The notes: generated by a model not told the origin, from the letters alone. Numbered from the stretch's first letter, positions 1 to 14,020 are shown. The stretch is 64,000 nt of DNA from Eledone cirrhosa (GCA_964016885.1 OZ024742.1:59210001-59274000); one strand, 5' to 3'. A program made the numbers and translations.

Positions 1-49
1 TGTGTGTGTGTGTGTGTATGTGTGTAACATCATGTTCAATATAGAAATG

Positions 50-97
50 GCTTTTATAGGACTAGAACTGTTTCATTCAAAACAAATCATCAGAAAA
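50..97 (-). ncRNA. Degenerate type I hammerhead ribozyme, same family as 48473
   Basis: Minus strand: uuuu-CUGAUGA-u uug uuuu gaa u-GAAA-cag uucuaguc cua-UA-aaag. Stems II and III carry mismatches. Confidence 0.55.
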
Positions 98-148
98 TTT
101 CTTTTGAATGAAACAGTTCTAGTTCTGTGGTTACCCTGATTGAATCCG

Positions 149-300
<152 letters not shown>

Positions 301-510
301 ACGTACACATGTATAATGTGTGTTAGTGTATTCGTATATCAATAGAGCGTTCAGGTTTCTCTTGCTTTATCTAAATTCTCTTGTTTATTCCAGAAGATAA
401 CTTAAACACATAACAAATACAGACAATATGTCTGCCCTGACTATTCTTCTTTCTATCATTCTATTGTATCTACATTGTTACATCAGATTTTGGGGTTATT
501 CGTTTTCATT

Positions 511-720
511 ATTGGCAGAATCGGTAGAGCGTCGGAAAACATGCTTAGTGGCATAGCGTTACCGCCTTTACGTTCTGAGTTCAAATCCCGTCGAGGTTAG
601 CTTTGCCTTTCATACTTACGGGGTCGATAAAATATGGTACCAGTAATGCGCTGAGGTCGATATAATCGACTTTCTCCTTGTCCGAAATTGTGGCTTGTAC
701 TTAAATCAGAAACAGTTATT
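511..720 (+). mobile_element. tRNA-derived SINE
   Basis: A-box-like TGGCAGAATCGG, B-box-like GAGTTCAAATCC, conserved core gcctttcatc/acttacggggtcgataaaat..gtaccag, end gaaacagttatt. Many dispersed copies in the window. Confidence 0.9.
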
Positions 721-739
721 AAATAAATCTTGATGACAA

Positions 740-952
740 TGGATTGGCCGTATCGGTAGAGCGTCGGATAGCATGTTTGTGGCATATAGTTACCTCATTT
801 TATATTCTGAGTTCAAATCCCGCTGAGGTTAGGTTTGCCTTTCATCCTTACGGGGTCGATAAAATAAAGTACCAGTAACGCACTGGGGTCGCTTTAATCG
901 GCTCCCACCCCGCCCACAAAATTGTTGGCCTTGTCCCAAAATCTGAAATAAT
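740..952 (+). mobile_element. tRNA-derived SINE, tandem second copy
   Basis: Same boxes and core as 511-720. Confidence 0.9.
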
Positions 953-1094
953 ATAAAAGAGAGATGTTTATTGGTTTGTTGGTTGGCTGAATCACACGAA
1001 AATCCCCCCCCCCCCTACACACATATATATATATGTATATATATATACATACACACACATCTAAAGAGAGAGAGTGAGAGAGACTCAGAGGGAG

Positions 1095-1134
<40 letters not shown>

Positions 1135-1460
1135 GTCCCACAAAAGTCTACAATCGGCTTAAACTATAGATCAAAGTATCAGTTGAAGGTTTAACAATAT
1201 TGTGTTAGCTTTTATAAAGTTGTTTTACACCAGTCTTTGATTTTACAGAACAAAAAAAACGATACTATTTGAAACTAATCTATGGTGTATATTAATTTAG
1301 CTTTTTTAGGATAGTGTCATATGTTATTATTGACCTAATTCGGATGATAGAGTGTCAACCTATTCTCTAAGGCTGCTATTTGCATTTATTTCTATTTTTT
1401 TTAAATATTGCTTTGTATTGTTTTTTTTTCACGATATTTTCCAAGAAAATTAATTTCATT

Positions 1461-2324
1461 ATGTCACCAAAACACTGCTCATCTATCGGGGGAGTTGCAA
1501 TGTCCGCTAAACGGTTGAAATCTTCAACCGAAAGAGAAACTCACGAACAATATAAAACTTGGGAATAAAGGGACAAGTCAATATTGTGGCATTCAGCAGA
1601 ATATGAGACGGGAAACAGAAAGATTATGACAACAAGAAAGACGATCCCAACCTTCTGAAAGTGTACAGATCTTGAGAGAGGAAACAGAAATATTAAGGCA
1701 AGAAGAAAGACTATCGCAACAAACAGAGGCTCTATATGAAAATCACCAAGAGGCAATGACAGTTGCGATGCAAACTCGACCAGCACAAACAACTCTTCAA
1801 GGCAGAATAAACTGGCTAAGAGCTGCGTTTTCATATGACCCATTGAAGAATTATAAAAATGATCCTAAAGTCGTGATTGGTAGTATGGATATTACACTTG
1901 GCATGTGTTGCTTAGGAGGAAAGGTAAGACTTCCACTGATAGAGGACCATCCAGCTTTTATCCATATACTACTTACAGACCGTACTAACGAAGCTAAACA
2001 CTTCAGAAGCAATGTTATGTGGTATATTGCTGCGTTTCAGATGACGTCCTTTGGAACTGAAAAAGACCATAATGACTATGGCTATTTCACATTTAAAATC
2101 CAAAGCCAATGATACCATTTAATCGGCAGTTTACTCTCCCAACCTAATAAGGAAGTTTAATTGATTTTTTTATGTCCCCCCCCCCCCAATCTCTCTCTCT
2201 CTCACACACACATTACGGTCTCACCCCATACTGTAAACCAGACAACACATCCAATACGGTCGTTTTCTCTTTTATCCTTCTTCTCTTAACTGTTCTCCTG
2301 GGCGAAGCCGGGTACCTCAGCTAG
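1461..2324 (+). mobile_element. Internally deleted Helitron (RepHel N-terminal remnant plus 3' terminus)
   Basis: ORF 1672-2112 contains GMCCLGGKVRLP...KHFRSN...AFQMTSFG, typical of the Helitron RepHel N-terminal region. 3' end shows a ggc-GAA-gcc hairpin (2301-2309) then CTAG|T (2321-2325). Confidence 0.8.
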
Positions 2325-2369
2325 TCAATAATATATCAAGGAGAAAATACAGAGGAACACACACGAATC

Positions 2370-2555
2370 TATCTATATATATATAGAAACACGTGTATGC
2401 ACACACACACATTTATGCACACATACGCACACATACACACATACACATGTATACACACATACATACACACATATACATACATACACACACACACACACAC
2501 ATACATTTATATATATATATATATATACATACACATATACAAACACATGCACACA

Positions 2556-2609
<54 letters not shown>

Positions 2610-2905
2610 TTTCACACATATACAAGCAGAAAGACGTACATATACATACATGCATACACACGCATAGATACACACAGACACACACACATACACATGTACA
2701 CGCATATACACACTCACACGCGCACATGCACTCATATGTATACGTACATATACGCCCATGCACTCATACACACACATCCACATCCACATACACATAAACA
2801 TACACACACACACACACTCACACACACTCACACACATATTGACATACAGACACATACACACACTTGTACATACACGCCTACACCCACACCCCAACATACA
2901 CATAG
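2370..2905. repeat. Compound (CA)/(TA) low-complexity tract
   Basis: Directly visible. Confidence 0.95.
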
Positions 2906-3249
2906 AATTAAACTGCAACGGAAGATGATTACATTGTAATTTTCACTTAATTAGATGTTGCCGGGACTAAGGTGACCCAGTGAGAACTATAAAAATAAAA
3001 TCTGGCTTGGGGATGTTAATATAGAGTGCTTGTGTGTGTGTGGCCTTGTGTGCTTGTGCGTGTGTGTGAGTGCGTGAGCACTTGTGTGTTTACACGTAAC
3101 TCCTGATAGAATCGGAGGGACATATGACAAGTCTTGTGTACTTTTAAAACCTAGCGGAGCTCATCTCCTCACCATGCCTGGACACATGCGCATTCATTCT
3201 TGAGTCAGAGAATGTTTGATAGAGAGGAAGTATAAAAAAAAAGACACAG

Positions 3250-3370
3250 GAAGAATTCCCTCCAGTAATAAACTGGTACTTTATTTATCGACCACGAAAG
3301 GATAATAAGTAAAGTTGACCTCTGTAGGATTTGTACTCAGAACGTAGAGTCAGAACAAATACTGCAAAAC
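3250..3370 (-). mobile_element. SINE copy, degenerate
   Basis: Reverse-complement core ctggtactttatttatcgac...ggatttgtactcagaacgta. Confidence 0.8.
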
Positions 3371-3379
3371 TGATAATAT

Positions 3380-3918
3380 AGAGCGATTGCCATGGCGGAT
3401 AGCACGGGGCCCAAGCCTTGGGTGTACACTAAAGGTGATGCCAACATGATTTGGGCAAAGCTGATGAAATATTTTCCACATCATACAGATAATGTATCGC
3501 TCACGGCGACGTTGGAGAGAATAAAGTTTGAGCTGTTCTAATCGACCCCAATAGTCAAGGCTTGTCATCCCATTTATCTTTTTTGTAATTGACCTTTGGG
3601 GTGCTTCAACTTTCATGATACTTTGTTTCGTGTGGGGTGACCACAGTATTCAAGGTGGGTCGGGCAAAAGTGGAGAAGAGAAGGATAACAGTGTGGATAT
3701 CTCTCGACTGGAATGTTCTAAGAATCCAGGAACACATTCTGCGGGCCATATCAACTTGCTGTTTATATGAGTGGCCCAGCTTATGTTGTCCTCAATTACT
3801 CCCAGGTCTCTGATATTATTGGATGCCACTAGAGTTTCACCCGAAGGAATAGAGTATGGTAGTTTCAGGGCATCCTTTTTTCCAAAGTGGATTAGTTGAA
3901 ATTTATCTTCATTCAACA
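3380..3918 (-). mobile_element. CR1/L2-group LINE ORF2 C-terminal fragment
   Basis: Minus-strand peptides [24 protein letters not shown]-like and RLEQLKLYSLQRRRERY, with frameshifts. Confidence 0.8.
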
Positions 3919-4390
<472 letters not shown>

Positions 4391-4499
4391 AAACAAGGAA
4401 CTGGAATCATATGATTCCAGTTCGTCAGTGAAATAACAACCCAACCAGGAACTAAACACCTCAACAACATGTGTACTCGTCTCTACCACACTAATTCGG

Positions 4500-4554
4500 A
4501 CTGCCTGACGAGGTCACAGCCAAAGATGGCTGTCACCGAAATATATATAGCAGT
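4500..4554 (+). ncRNA. Type I hammerhead ribozyme, minimal stem III
   Basis: acugc-CUGACGA-ggucacagcca aaga uggcugucacc-GAAA-uauaua-UA-gcagu. Stem I acugc/gcagu; AATAAA follows immediately. Confidence 0.9.
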
Positions 4555-4744
4555 AATAAACGAAGCCAAATTTTAAACATTTGACTTATTTATTTTATTT
4601 TACATTACTTCGGAGTACCAAACCAACCTGCGCACTTCGTCGAGTGCTCCACTCTGATTACTATGGTGTTCGTATACAACCAACATATATTCAAAATTTA
4701 TATATATACATATATATATATGTATATATAAATATATATATACG

Positions 4745-4850
<106 letters not shown>

Positions 4851-4983
4851 CATATGTAGGAAAATGTTCAAGACTATTACCCACTCTACTACCCTAAGTA
4901 TTGAGTACTCAGGTGCGTTATGGTCCATCTGGTTCCTTCGTTACATACATATATATATACATATATATGTATGTGTGTGTGTA

Positions 4984-5020
<37 letters not shown>

Positions 5021-5088
5021 GGGTATGTGTGTATCTGCAGATGTGCATATGTATGTGCAGATGTGCATATGTGTTCGCGTAAATGTAT

Positions 5089-5170
<82 letters not shown>

Positions 5171-5526
5171 GTGAGTGTATGTGTATGTATATGTACGGAT
5201 GCGTACGTGTGTGTGTGTGCATCTATATATACGGGTGCGTGTATGTGTGTGTCTGTGTATATGCGTGCGTATATAAACGCGCGTGTGTGCGTGTGTGCCT
5301 CTCTGTGCGTAAGAGAACATTAGTCTACAACCTCTTTATACCATAAACGTGGTTCCGTCTTTGCGCGTAATTGGTTTTCACCGCTCCTATTAATGACGTA
5401 TTATATTCATTTTTTCCCGTTCTTTGCCAGGGAACGTTTCCACGAACCAAAGTATCATCTTCCTGTTTTCCTCCGGTTGCAGCGTTTTTGAAATATCCAC
5501 TTCTGCGTTTACAGATTGACTTTGTT

Positions 5527-5577
5527 AGTTTCAGAAGATCCCGTTAAGGGTGAAAGCAGCGATTCTTTGCTTAAACT
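5527..5577 (+). ncRNA. Variant hammerhead (CAGAAGA core) in 5' pLTR
   Basis: aguuu-CAGAAGA-u ccc guuaa ggg u-GAAA-gca gcgauucuu ugc-UU-aaacu. Confidence 0.72.
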
Positions 5578-5731
5578 TTAATCTGTTATTTTAATAAATA
5601 TTTGCTCTACGGTTCTTATATATTTGATATATATTTATCCTTATCGAGCCCTCTTTGGATTTTAGTCTTCAAATTTATTATTATTACTATTTGGCTCCCT
5701 CGGTTGAGCACTCTATTGACTTATATTCATC

Positions 5732-7862
5732 ATGCAGAAACAACATCTGAATATTTCTACAAAGAACATACCCGTACCAAGCAGGAAAACATACCTAAAA
5801 CTCCTGATACAGAAAACAGACGCGTTCATTAAAAGGTTGCGGTGGCATGCCTTTTATTTCGATAATCCGCGAAAAGCAGACAACAAACAGGATAAATTTG
5901 GGTTTAAAACCTATAATAACCCCCCGTGAAACCCAGCATTGCTACCCTTCGAAAATGATGTCTTGGAACTCATACGGAGTATCAAATTTCGGAATAGGAA
6001 CAATTCCTTCCAGCAGGACCTGAAGAATAGAATTCGTTCTATTAAGGATTCTAATGCCGTGCACGTCCATTCCGACAAAACTGGCAACCTATATCAAGTG
6101 GAGCGCAGTACTTACCATCAACTGCTACATAATGCTGTAACTAAGGATTACCGTAAAACTAATCGGTGCGTCATCAATTTAATCAACGATGCTGGGTTTA
6201 AAATCACATCTGATCTCAACATCATGGACCGGACCGAACCTCTGGACCCTTTTTCTCCCCACTTTACCCTGAAGGATCACAAATCCAAATTTTCCGAACA
6301 ACCCCTCTATTCGGCTTATTAACCCTACGAAGTCCTATTTAGGTAGACTTAGTAAAACGATTCTTGATAGAATTATACCTGAAATTAGAAGTTTGGCCCC
6401 ACTTGCACTGTGGAACAATTCTTTCGCGGTGATCGATTGGTTCAACGTCATATGTAACAAGGAACATTGCCGTTTTATCCAATTCGACATCAACAATTAC
6501 TACTCCTCCATCACTTTACCACTTCTCCTTAGAGCTATCAATTTCGATAACACACTCACAGTAGTTAAGGATTTCGAAGTTGATGTCATCCTCAATGCCC
6601 GTAAGTCGGTGATTAATTTCGACGACTCTATTTGGATTAAAAAATCCAATAGTACCCCATTCGACGTGAGTATGGGCGCCAGCGATTCTGCGGAGGTTAC
6701 TGATCTTATCGGCCTTTTCCTTCTTTTCTCTATCAAGGACGAATTCCCCAACGCGGGCGGTGGTTTGTACCGTGATGATGGTCTTTTGACTATGACTAAG
6801 TGCGGGCCTCGTGCTTGCGACAGGTTCAGAAAAGAACTCACAGCCTTCTTTAAAGGCTTCAACCTCTCTATCCAGGTTGAGGCCAATCCCTCGGTCGTTA
6901 ATTACCTCGACGTTACCCTCAATTTATTGAATGGGTTGTATTACCCGTATAGAAAGCCGAATGATACGCTTAATTACATAAGTAAGCATTCCAACCATCC
7001 TGCCAGCATAACCAAGAACCTGGTAAGAAACGTTTCGTTGAGGCTTTCCCGTCTATCTACTAACGAGCATATTTTCAACGACCATTCCACTTATTACAAT
7101 GAAGCTCTTGCTCGGAGTGGATTTGTCGATAAGGTAGCTTATACAGTGTACGAAAATAGACCTAGAAGAAATAGATCCCGTCGCATTTGTTGGTATAACC
7201 CACCATATAATATGGAGGTAGCCACACCATTAGCTAAGATCTTTCTTTCCCTTATTACGAAGCATTTTCTCCCTACACATAAATATAGTAACATTTTTAA
7301 TAGAAATACTATTAAAATTTCTTACTTTACGACTCCCAACCTTGCACATAACATCACAGCTTCAAATTTAGCTAAACTACCTAGCCGTAGGAATACGTGC
7401 GACCCTGTAGTTAGTACTAACTGTAATTGTAGGAATCGCGTTGATTGCCCCCTATCCGGGAAATGCCTCTCTAGTAACATTGTCTACAAATGTAAGGTTG
7501 AAACACCCACGTCCCGTAGGGCCTACATAGGGTTAACCGCCAATAGATTCAAGCAGCGTCTTTACATGCATACCCATTCTTTTCGTTACCCTCTAAGAAG
7601 GAATATGACGTCACTTTCGGCTTATATCTGGAGTCTAAAAGACAACCACACCCAATATAAGCTACACTGGGAGATCCTAGCTTGGGCTAGATCGTATAAC
7701 GGAAATAAAAGACCATGTGACCTCTGCGCCGCTGAGGCCCTGGAAATACTCTACGCCACAGACCACATCTTTAACAAAAAATCTGAGGCAATTTCGGCTT
7801 GTAAATATAAATTGCACAAAACTTTCCTGTATTACAGCCCCACGTTATACCCTAACGGATAG
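5732..7862 (+). pseudogene. PLE reverse transcriptase plus GIY-YIG endonuclease (~710 aa, two lesions)
   Basis: KNIPVP...FIKRLRW, SDKTGN, FDINNYY, FDVSMGASDSAE, GLYRDDGL, CNC-x5-CPL, IVY...AYIG, CDLC. In-frame TGA at 5927-5929 and a frameshift near 6286. Confidence 0.93.
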
Positions 7863-8797
7863 TACGATCTGTACGTGGATATTTTACGTCTTGATGTGGT
7901 AGCTAAGTATATGTTTTGTTTATACCATTACTTATTTGCATAGGTAAGTATATATTACCTGTATGTTTCGTGAAGGTACATATACCTTCTCGTACGTATA
8001 TGTGATTTTATATGTTATGGCGTATAATTTTTTTATATATTCTGGTACATATGGTTTGGTTATGTGTATAGGGGAGTTTTGCGTCTGTGTGAGTATGCAG
8101 GTTCGTACGTATGTAGGGTGTGTGTATATGTGTACTTCATATTCTGGTTGACTTACGTCTCCGAATATTTGTGTATTTACATGTAGGTATGTGTGTGCGC
8201 TTGTTATATACGTATTTATTTATTTATATACGTTTATTTATTTATTTATTTGTATACACGCATACACACACACACATATTTATATGTGCGTGGTTTTGTA
8301 TACCCATGGTAAGTGTTTTTGCGTATGCTTGTGATGTACGTATTTGTATGCGTGTATGTATTTATTTAATTTCTATTACTTCTGTATTGTATTTATTTAC
8401 TTTGTTCTTAACTCTGAAGCGGAGATTCATTCGGTCTCCTAGTTAGAATTTTAGTCTACGACTTCTACTATACCATTTACGTGGTTTTGTCTTTGCGTGC
8501 AATTGTTCTCCATGCTCCACATATGACGTATTACCTTCGGTTTTTTTGTTCATTGCCAGAGAACATCTCTATGAACCACCTAAGAGAACATTAGTCTACG
8601 ACCTCTTTATACCATAAACGTGGTTTTGTCTTTGCGCGTAATTGGTTTTCACCTCTCCTATTAATGACGTATTATATTCATTTTTTCCCGTTCTTTGCCA
8701 GGGAACGTTTCCACGAACCAAAGTATCATCTTCCTGTTTTCCTCCGGTTGCAACGTTTTTGAAATATCCACTTCTGCGTTTACAGATTGACTTTGTT

Positions 8798-8848
8798 AGT
8801 TTCAGAAGATCCCGTTAAGGGTGAAAGCAGCGACTCTTTGCTTAAACT
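8798..8848 (+). ncRNA. Variant hammerhead (CAGAAGA core) in 3' pLTR
   Basis: Identical to 5527-5577 except one loop III nucleotide. Confidence 0.72.
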
Positions 8849-8864
8849 TTAATCTGTTATTTTA

Positions 8865-9542
<678 letters not shown>

Positions 9543-10105
9543 AACATAATAACGCGTGTGTGTCTATTTCATTGTTTATCTATACACACTAGCTTAGTTG
9601 TTCGTCAAAAAAAGATCGATAATATAAGTTGCAGTTTAAATTTTGTGGTCTGTATGATCGATTAAATTCGCAACCATTTTGTAGTGGCTTTAATGAAGGG
9701 AACATGTATTCATGTATTTATTGTTGTTATTTTACCCTAGTTAAACACTGATCGAGCGGAAGTATGTTCAAATATGTTGCACCCATGCATATCCTGTTAT
9801 TTATTCGGACACAGTCTCTCACGGGTAATATTTGACTGCTATTTCTAGGAAGTCAACTGAAGTTATAGAGTTTTTTCATTGCCTTGTTAAATGTGTAAAA
9901 CAGTGTTTTACGCGGCAATTAGCACGAGAAGAAAAATAGCAAATCCATGATAAAATAAGTTAAAAACGTAACAATGTGCATGGGAAATAACTCTGAATAA
10001 AAATAAATAAGGAGTTATTTCCCTTGCAGCTTATTTATTTACTATGTAGGGAAAATTAGTTAAAAAAATCGAAACATTAAAATGATTGCCAAGCATTATA
10101 TTTTT

Positions 10106-10290
10106 GTGGATTGGCAGTATCGGTAGAGGGTCGGACGCCATGCTTTCTAGCATAGTTACGTCCCTTTACGATCTGAGTTCAAATCCCGCCGAGGTTGACT
10201 TTGCCTTTCATCCTTACGGGGTCGATAAAATAAAGTACCAGTAATGCATTGGGCAATTGCTGGCCTTGTGCCTAAAGTAGAAACAATTAT
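10106..10290 (+). mobile_element. SINE copy
   Basis: A/B boxes, core and ggccttgtgcctaaagtagaaacaattat end. Confidence 0.9.
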
Positions 10291-10436
10291 ATTTTTACTG
10301 GTATTAATCATTAGAATGCGGCCATGGTGGAGTACCACATTGAAGGATTTTAGTCGATGAATATCGACGCCCAGAACTTATCTGTTTTCAGGTCTCGTAC
10401 TATTTTATCGTTCTCTTTTTGTGAAACTGCTCTATA

Positions 10437-10533
<97 letters not shown>

Positions 10534-11040
10534 GAAGAATTATGAATAGAAGCCAGGACTATCCGTCATCAGTGGTCTACTAGCCATCATAGGTATTTCT
10601 TCGCATTACAGACCATATACCTCCGGCTAGGGCAATGCAATAACTAAATTAAGTTATTGGGATAAAAAGAGTTTGGTGAAGAAAGAGAGACAGGTAAACA
10701 AACACGAATGGTGATGCAAATTTTGGTCTGTTATATTTCACTGAGTTGGTCAACTATAGTAGAAGATACTTGCACAACATACCTTGCAGTTGTAGTGAGG
10801 CCGAAACCACGTGGCTACACAGCGAACTCTTTATCAACACCAACATAAAATGTTTTGTTATTGAATTGACAGTTTTAAATCTATCAGATATTACATTCAA
10901 TTTAATTATTCAATTAAAGATTCATGCAACCCAATCATTAAGCGAGAATAGATTTTGAAACACTTTCCATTAAGATTCCTTCTAAGTATAGTTTGATTTA
11001 GTTTATAATATAGTTTATAATATAAGGAAACATAGGTAAG

Positions 11041-11220
11041 ATAGTGGTTTCTAATTTTGGCACAAAACCTGAAAAAATAGGGAGAGGAGATAGGTCGATC
11101 ATGGCTAGTATTATATTTTATCGATCCCGAAAAAACGAAAGGCAAAGTTGACCTCGGTGAGCTGCAACGAAGAACCGTAATGAATTTCATGCGACGCTCT
11201 AACGATTCTGTCAATCCACC
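11041..11220 (-). mobile_element. SINE copy
   Basis: Reverse complement of the same family. Confidence 0.8.
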
Positions 11221-13274
11221 ACTGCATATAAGCAAAGCACATCATTATCGCAAGTAGATTTACTTTATATTATGGTAAAGGTTATCCCCCTTGAGACCGG
11301 TTTATTTCAGCACTGGCATATTTTCAGATGTGATTCGGGGCTAAACAACAAAAACAACAACAGCCACTATAGCAATAAAATCAAGAACACAGCTGTTAAT
11401 ATATCATCATTCTATTGCAGTGAGATGACGAAAATCTGGATGACTGGCTTTTTTGATATTCTATAAAACAATGTCATTTTTCGCTCACCCTAAGCAAGGG
11501 AATAAAGCCACAGAAATGAATGGAGTTATCGAGAAGTGAAAAGTACAAAACAGAGAGAACATAATTCAAGGAAAGAGAAACTGACGATTGATGTTGTTTT
11601 TCAATTTTTGCAAATTGTAGTGGTCAGGAAAGTAAAATTCCAGAGGAGATGTGTGAGAAACTATCAGAATATAATTTCTGGTTGCAATAGTAAATTGAAG
11701 GTTTTAGTTGTTGTTGCTGTTATTGTTTAGCTTTAGGTTAAATCTGGTTGATCCGAACTGTAATTAAAGGCATTACGATGGTAATTATTTCGTAGGCATA
11801 AAGCACCCACTACGAAATTATATAAGGTGTCATTTATTAGGAAGATAAGGTAAAATTTGAGATATTTTGGCTGCTATTTCTAACAGGTGACAAGTCCACG
11901 TAGTTCTCCCTCATTTACACCACTATGGTAGGTGGATTATATAATCTAAGATTGGCAAAATCAAATGCTTGAACAGATTATTGTTTTTGGTATTATTGTT
12001 GTTACTGGTTATAAATATCCCGATTTAATGATAGGTGCCCTCTTTAAGTTTAACATTCTGCCAATCTATCGCCCCCTGTTTACTGCTTTATTTGTCGATT
12101 CCGAAGGGTTAAGGCAAAGTTAACCCCTTTGAACTCGTGACACAGAGAGCCAGAGCAATTACCGTCATGTATTTAATTTGATTGTAACCTTGTGCCGAAA
12201 GAATTGTGGTTTTGTGTCGAGGAGGAAATCAATATTTCCAATTCTGTCTTTTGAGTGAATGAATGGCTAGGTGGCGGGTATTGATTAAAATAATTTTGTT
12301 ACATTTAACTTGTTATTAAAATTAGAGTGATGAGGATTGTTCGTAAAATACAGGTCTGAGCTACACGCACTTTGGAAAACTATGCAAAGGTTCTGTGATA
12401 AAATAATTGCAGGAATCACTGAACCATAAATTTAAATGTAAGAAAATCAAAACTTAGAAACCGATGAATCGACTGATCTGTTGCTAAGATATTTAAACAT
12501 CTCTGTGTAAATATATCCACATGTAAATATACATTTAAAAGGTCAACAGCCAACTTTGTGGTATTTGCTCTGGCGCTATGTAATCTGAGTTCAAATCTCA
12601 CCTTTTATCCTTTCGTGGTCGATGAAATTATGTATTAGTCAAGGGGTAGTGGATTGGCGGGATTGTTAGAATGCAGGATGAGTTGCTTTGCGTATTTTAT
12701 TCTAGGTTTTTGCATCTTGAATGCAAATTTTGCTGTGGCCTATTTCGGTGGTATACAGAAACCGTCATTCGGTTTAACACCACCACTCGGCCCATAGTTG
12801 TCTAAAACACAGCCCAGTCAAATGTAAAGATTCAAGCTAGGTCTTCTGTTTAAAAATACCTTCTACTCTCCTACCAATCACAGAGATCCAGAGAGAGTCA
12901 TGGGCCCTGCTCAGCCCTCCCCTGACTACATAGTAAAAAAAGTTAAACTGTAGCTCATCACTGGAGATTTGTACTCTACGGCTAGATTGTCTTTTTATTT
13001 ATCCCCAGGCTAGACCATTTTGAATTCATCCAATAGTGTTCAATATGAGAAAGACTTTGATGCTGTTTCTTACAAGTAGAGCGACCACACAGATGCTCCC
13101 TCCTTCATTGACTGTCAAAGTTTAAAGCAGGTTCTTATATAATCCAACTCCCGTTAAAGTCATTTTGTCCTTCCTCTTCTTCGGCCATTTATTCCTGAAA
13201 TGGTTGTGGTGGCAAAGTTCTCAAACACTCCTTCTAGAGGGTTCTGTCAGAACCATCTCCAATTGATTTTAGGT

Positions 13275-13571
13275 AGAACTGTTCTGCCAGAGAACGGGTC
13301 GTAGGTGACAGATAGCGATACGACCACCAGATATGAAGATTAGTTGCGATATAAGTGGGCACCTATCAAACGAATAAGCAACTCTCAACCAACAGCGTTA
13401 AACTAATATGGGAGATGGAGCAATGGGTGAGACATTTAGCTCCCTAGAAAACTCCCACAACCTACTGATGTAGCTATGACGAGGCAAATAAAGGCCGCCT
13501 GTAAGAGGCCTAGTCTTCGCGGGTCTGAGAAAGTACCATGTTATTAACTGGCACGAATATGACTACGAAAA
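13275..13571. repeat. Unclassified dispersed repeat, copy 1
   Basis: Colinear similarity to 48610-48907 (ccaacagcg.taaact, ccacaacc..tgatgtagcta.gacga). Confidence 0.75.
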
Positions 13572-13694
13572 CAGCAATATGCCAATAGATAACTCATTTG
13601 GCCCTGAGTTTTAATTTACCACTGTAGATATTTTATACTGGATTATTTTGCATTGAGGTTTCATGTTAGTCACCACTACGAGTGAGTGAGATAA

Positions 13695-14020
13695 AACTTG
13701 TTTCAAGCACAGGCCAGAAAATTCGGGAGAGGATTATTCGATTACCCGACTGGTACTATATTTCAATCTACCCCTGAAAGCTGAAGGCATAATTGACTTC
13801 AGCATGATTTGTCCGGCTCAATCGATTCTGCCAATACAACATAATGATTTCTGTTTTAGGCAGAAGGTCAATTTTCTTTTCGGCGGGGTGGGAGGGTGGG
13901 GGTAGTGGGTGGATGGGTGTGTCGATTAAATTGAAACCCCGCCGGGGGTTTGAACTCTTAGTATATATAATCAGAAGAAATACTATAAGGCATTTTGTCC
14001 GACGCTCTACCGATTCTGGC
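13695..14020 (-). mobile_element. Two adjacent SINE copies
   Basis: Both end on the + strand in cgattctg(c/g)caat, the reverse complement of the SINE head. Confidence 0.75.

Larger units (their letters stand above)
5310..8872 (+). mobile_element. Near-complete Penelope-like element, probably Hydra clade, with direct pseudo-LTRs
   Basis: ~290-bp direct repeats (5310-5601, 8581-8872) flank an RT/GIY-YIG ORF. The 3' end runs into (TA)n and each pLTR carries an HHR motif. Confidence 0.92.

Noticed and set aside
511-590. tRNA gene
   Set aside because: The A/B boxes belong to a SINE head and no cloverleaf is evident.
5927-5929. In-frame TGA as selenocysteine or readthrough
   Set aside because: Not at an evident Cys position, easily explained by CGA-to-TGA decay, a frameshift follows, and I see no SECIS.
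10553-10578. Minus-strand CUGAUGA with a short hairpin
   Set aside because: No GAAA or stem III; cannot be distinguished from chance.
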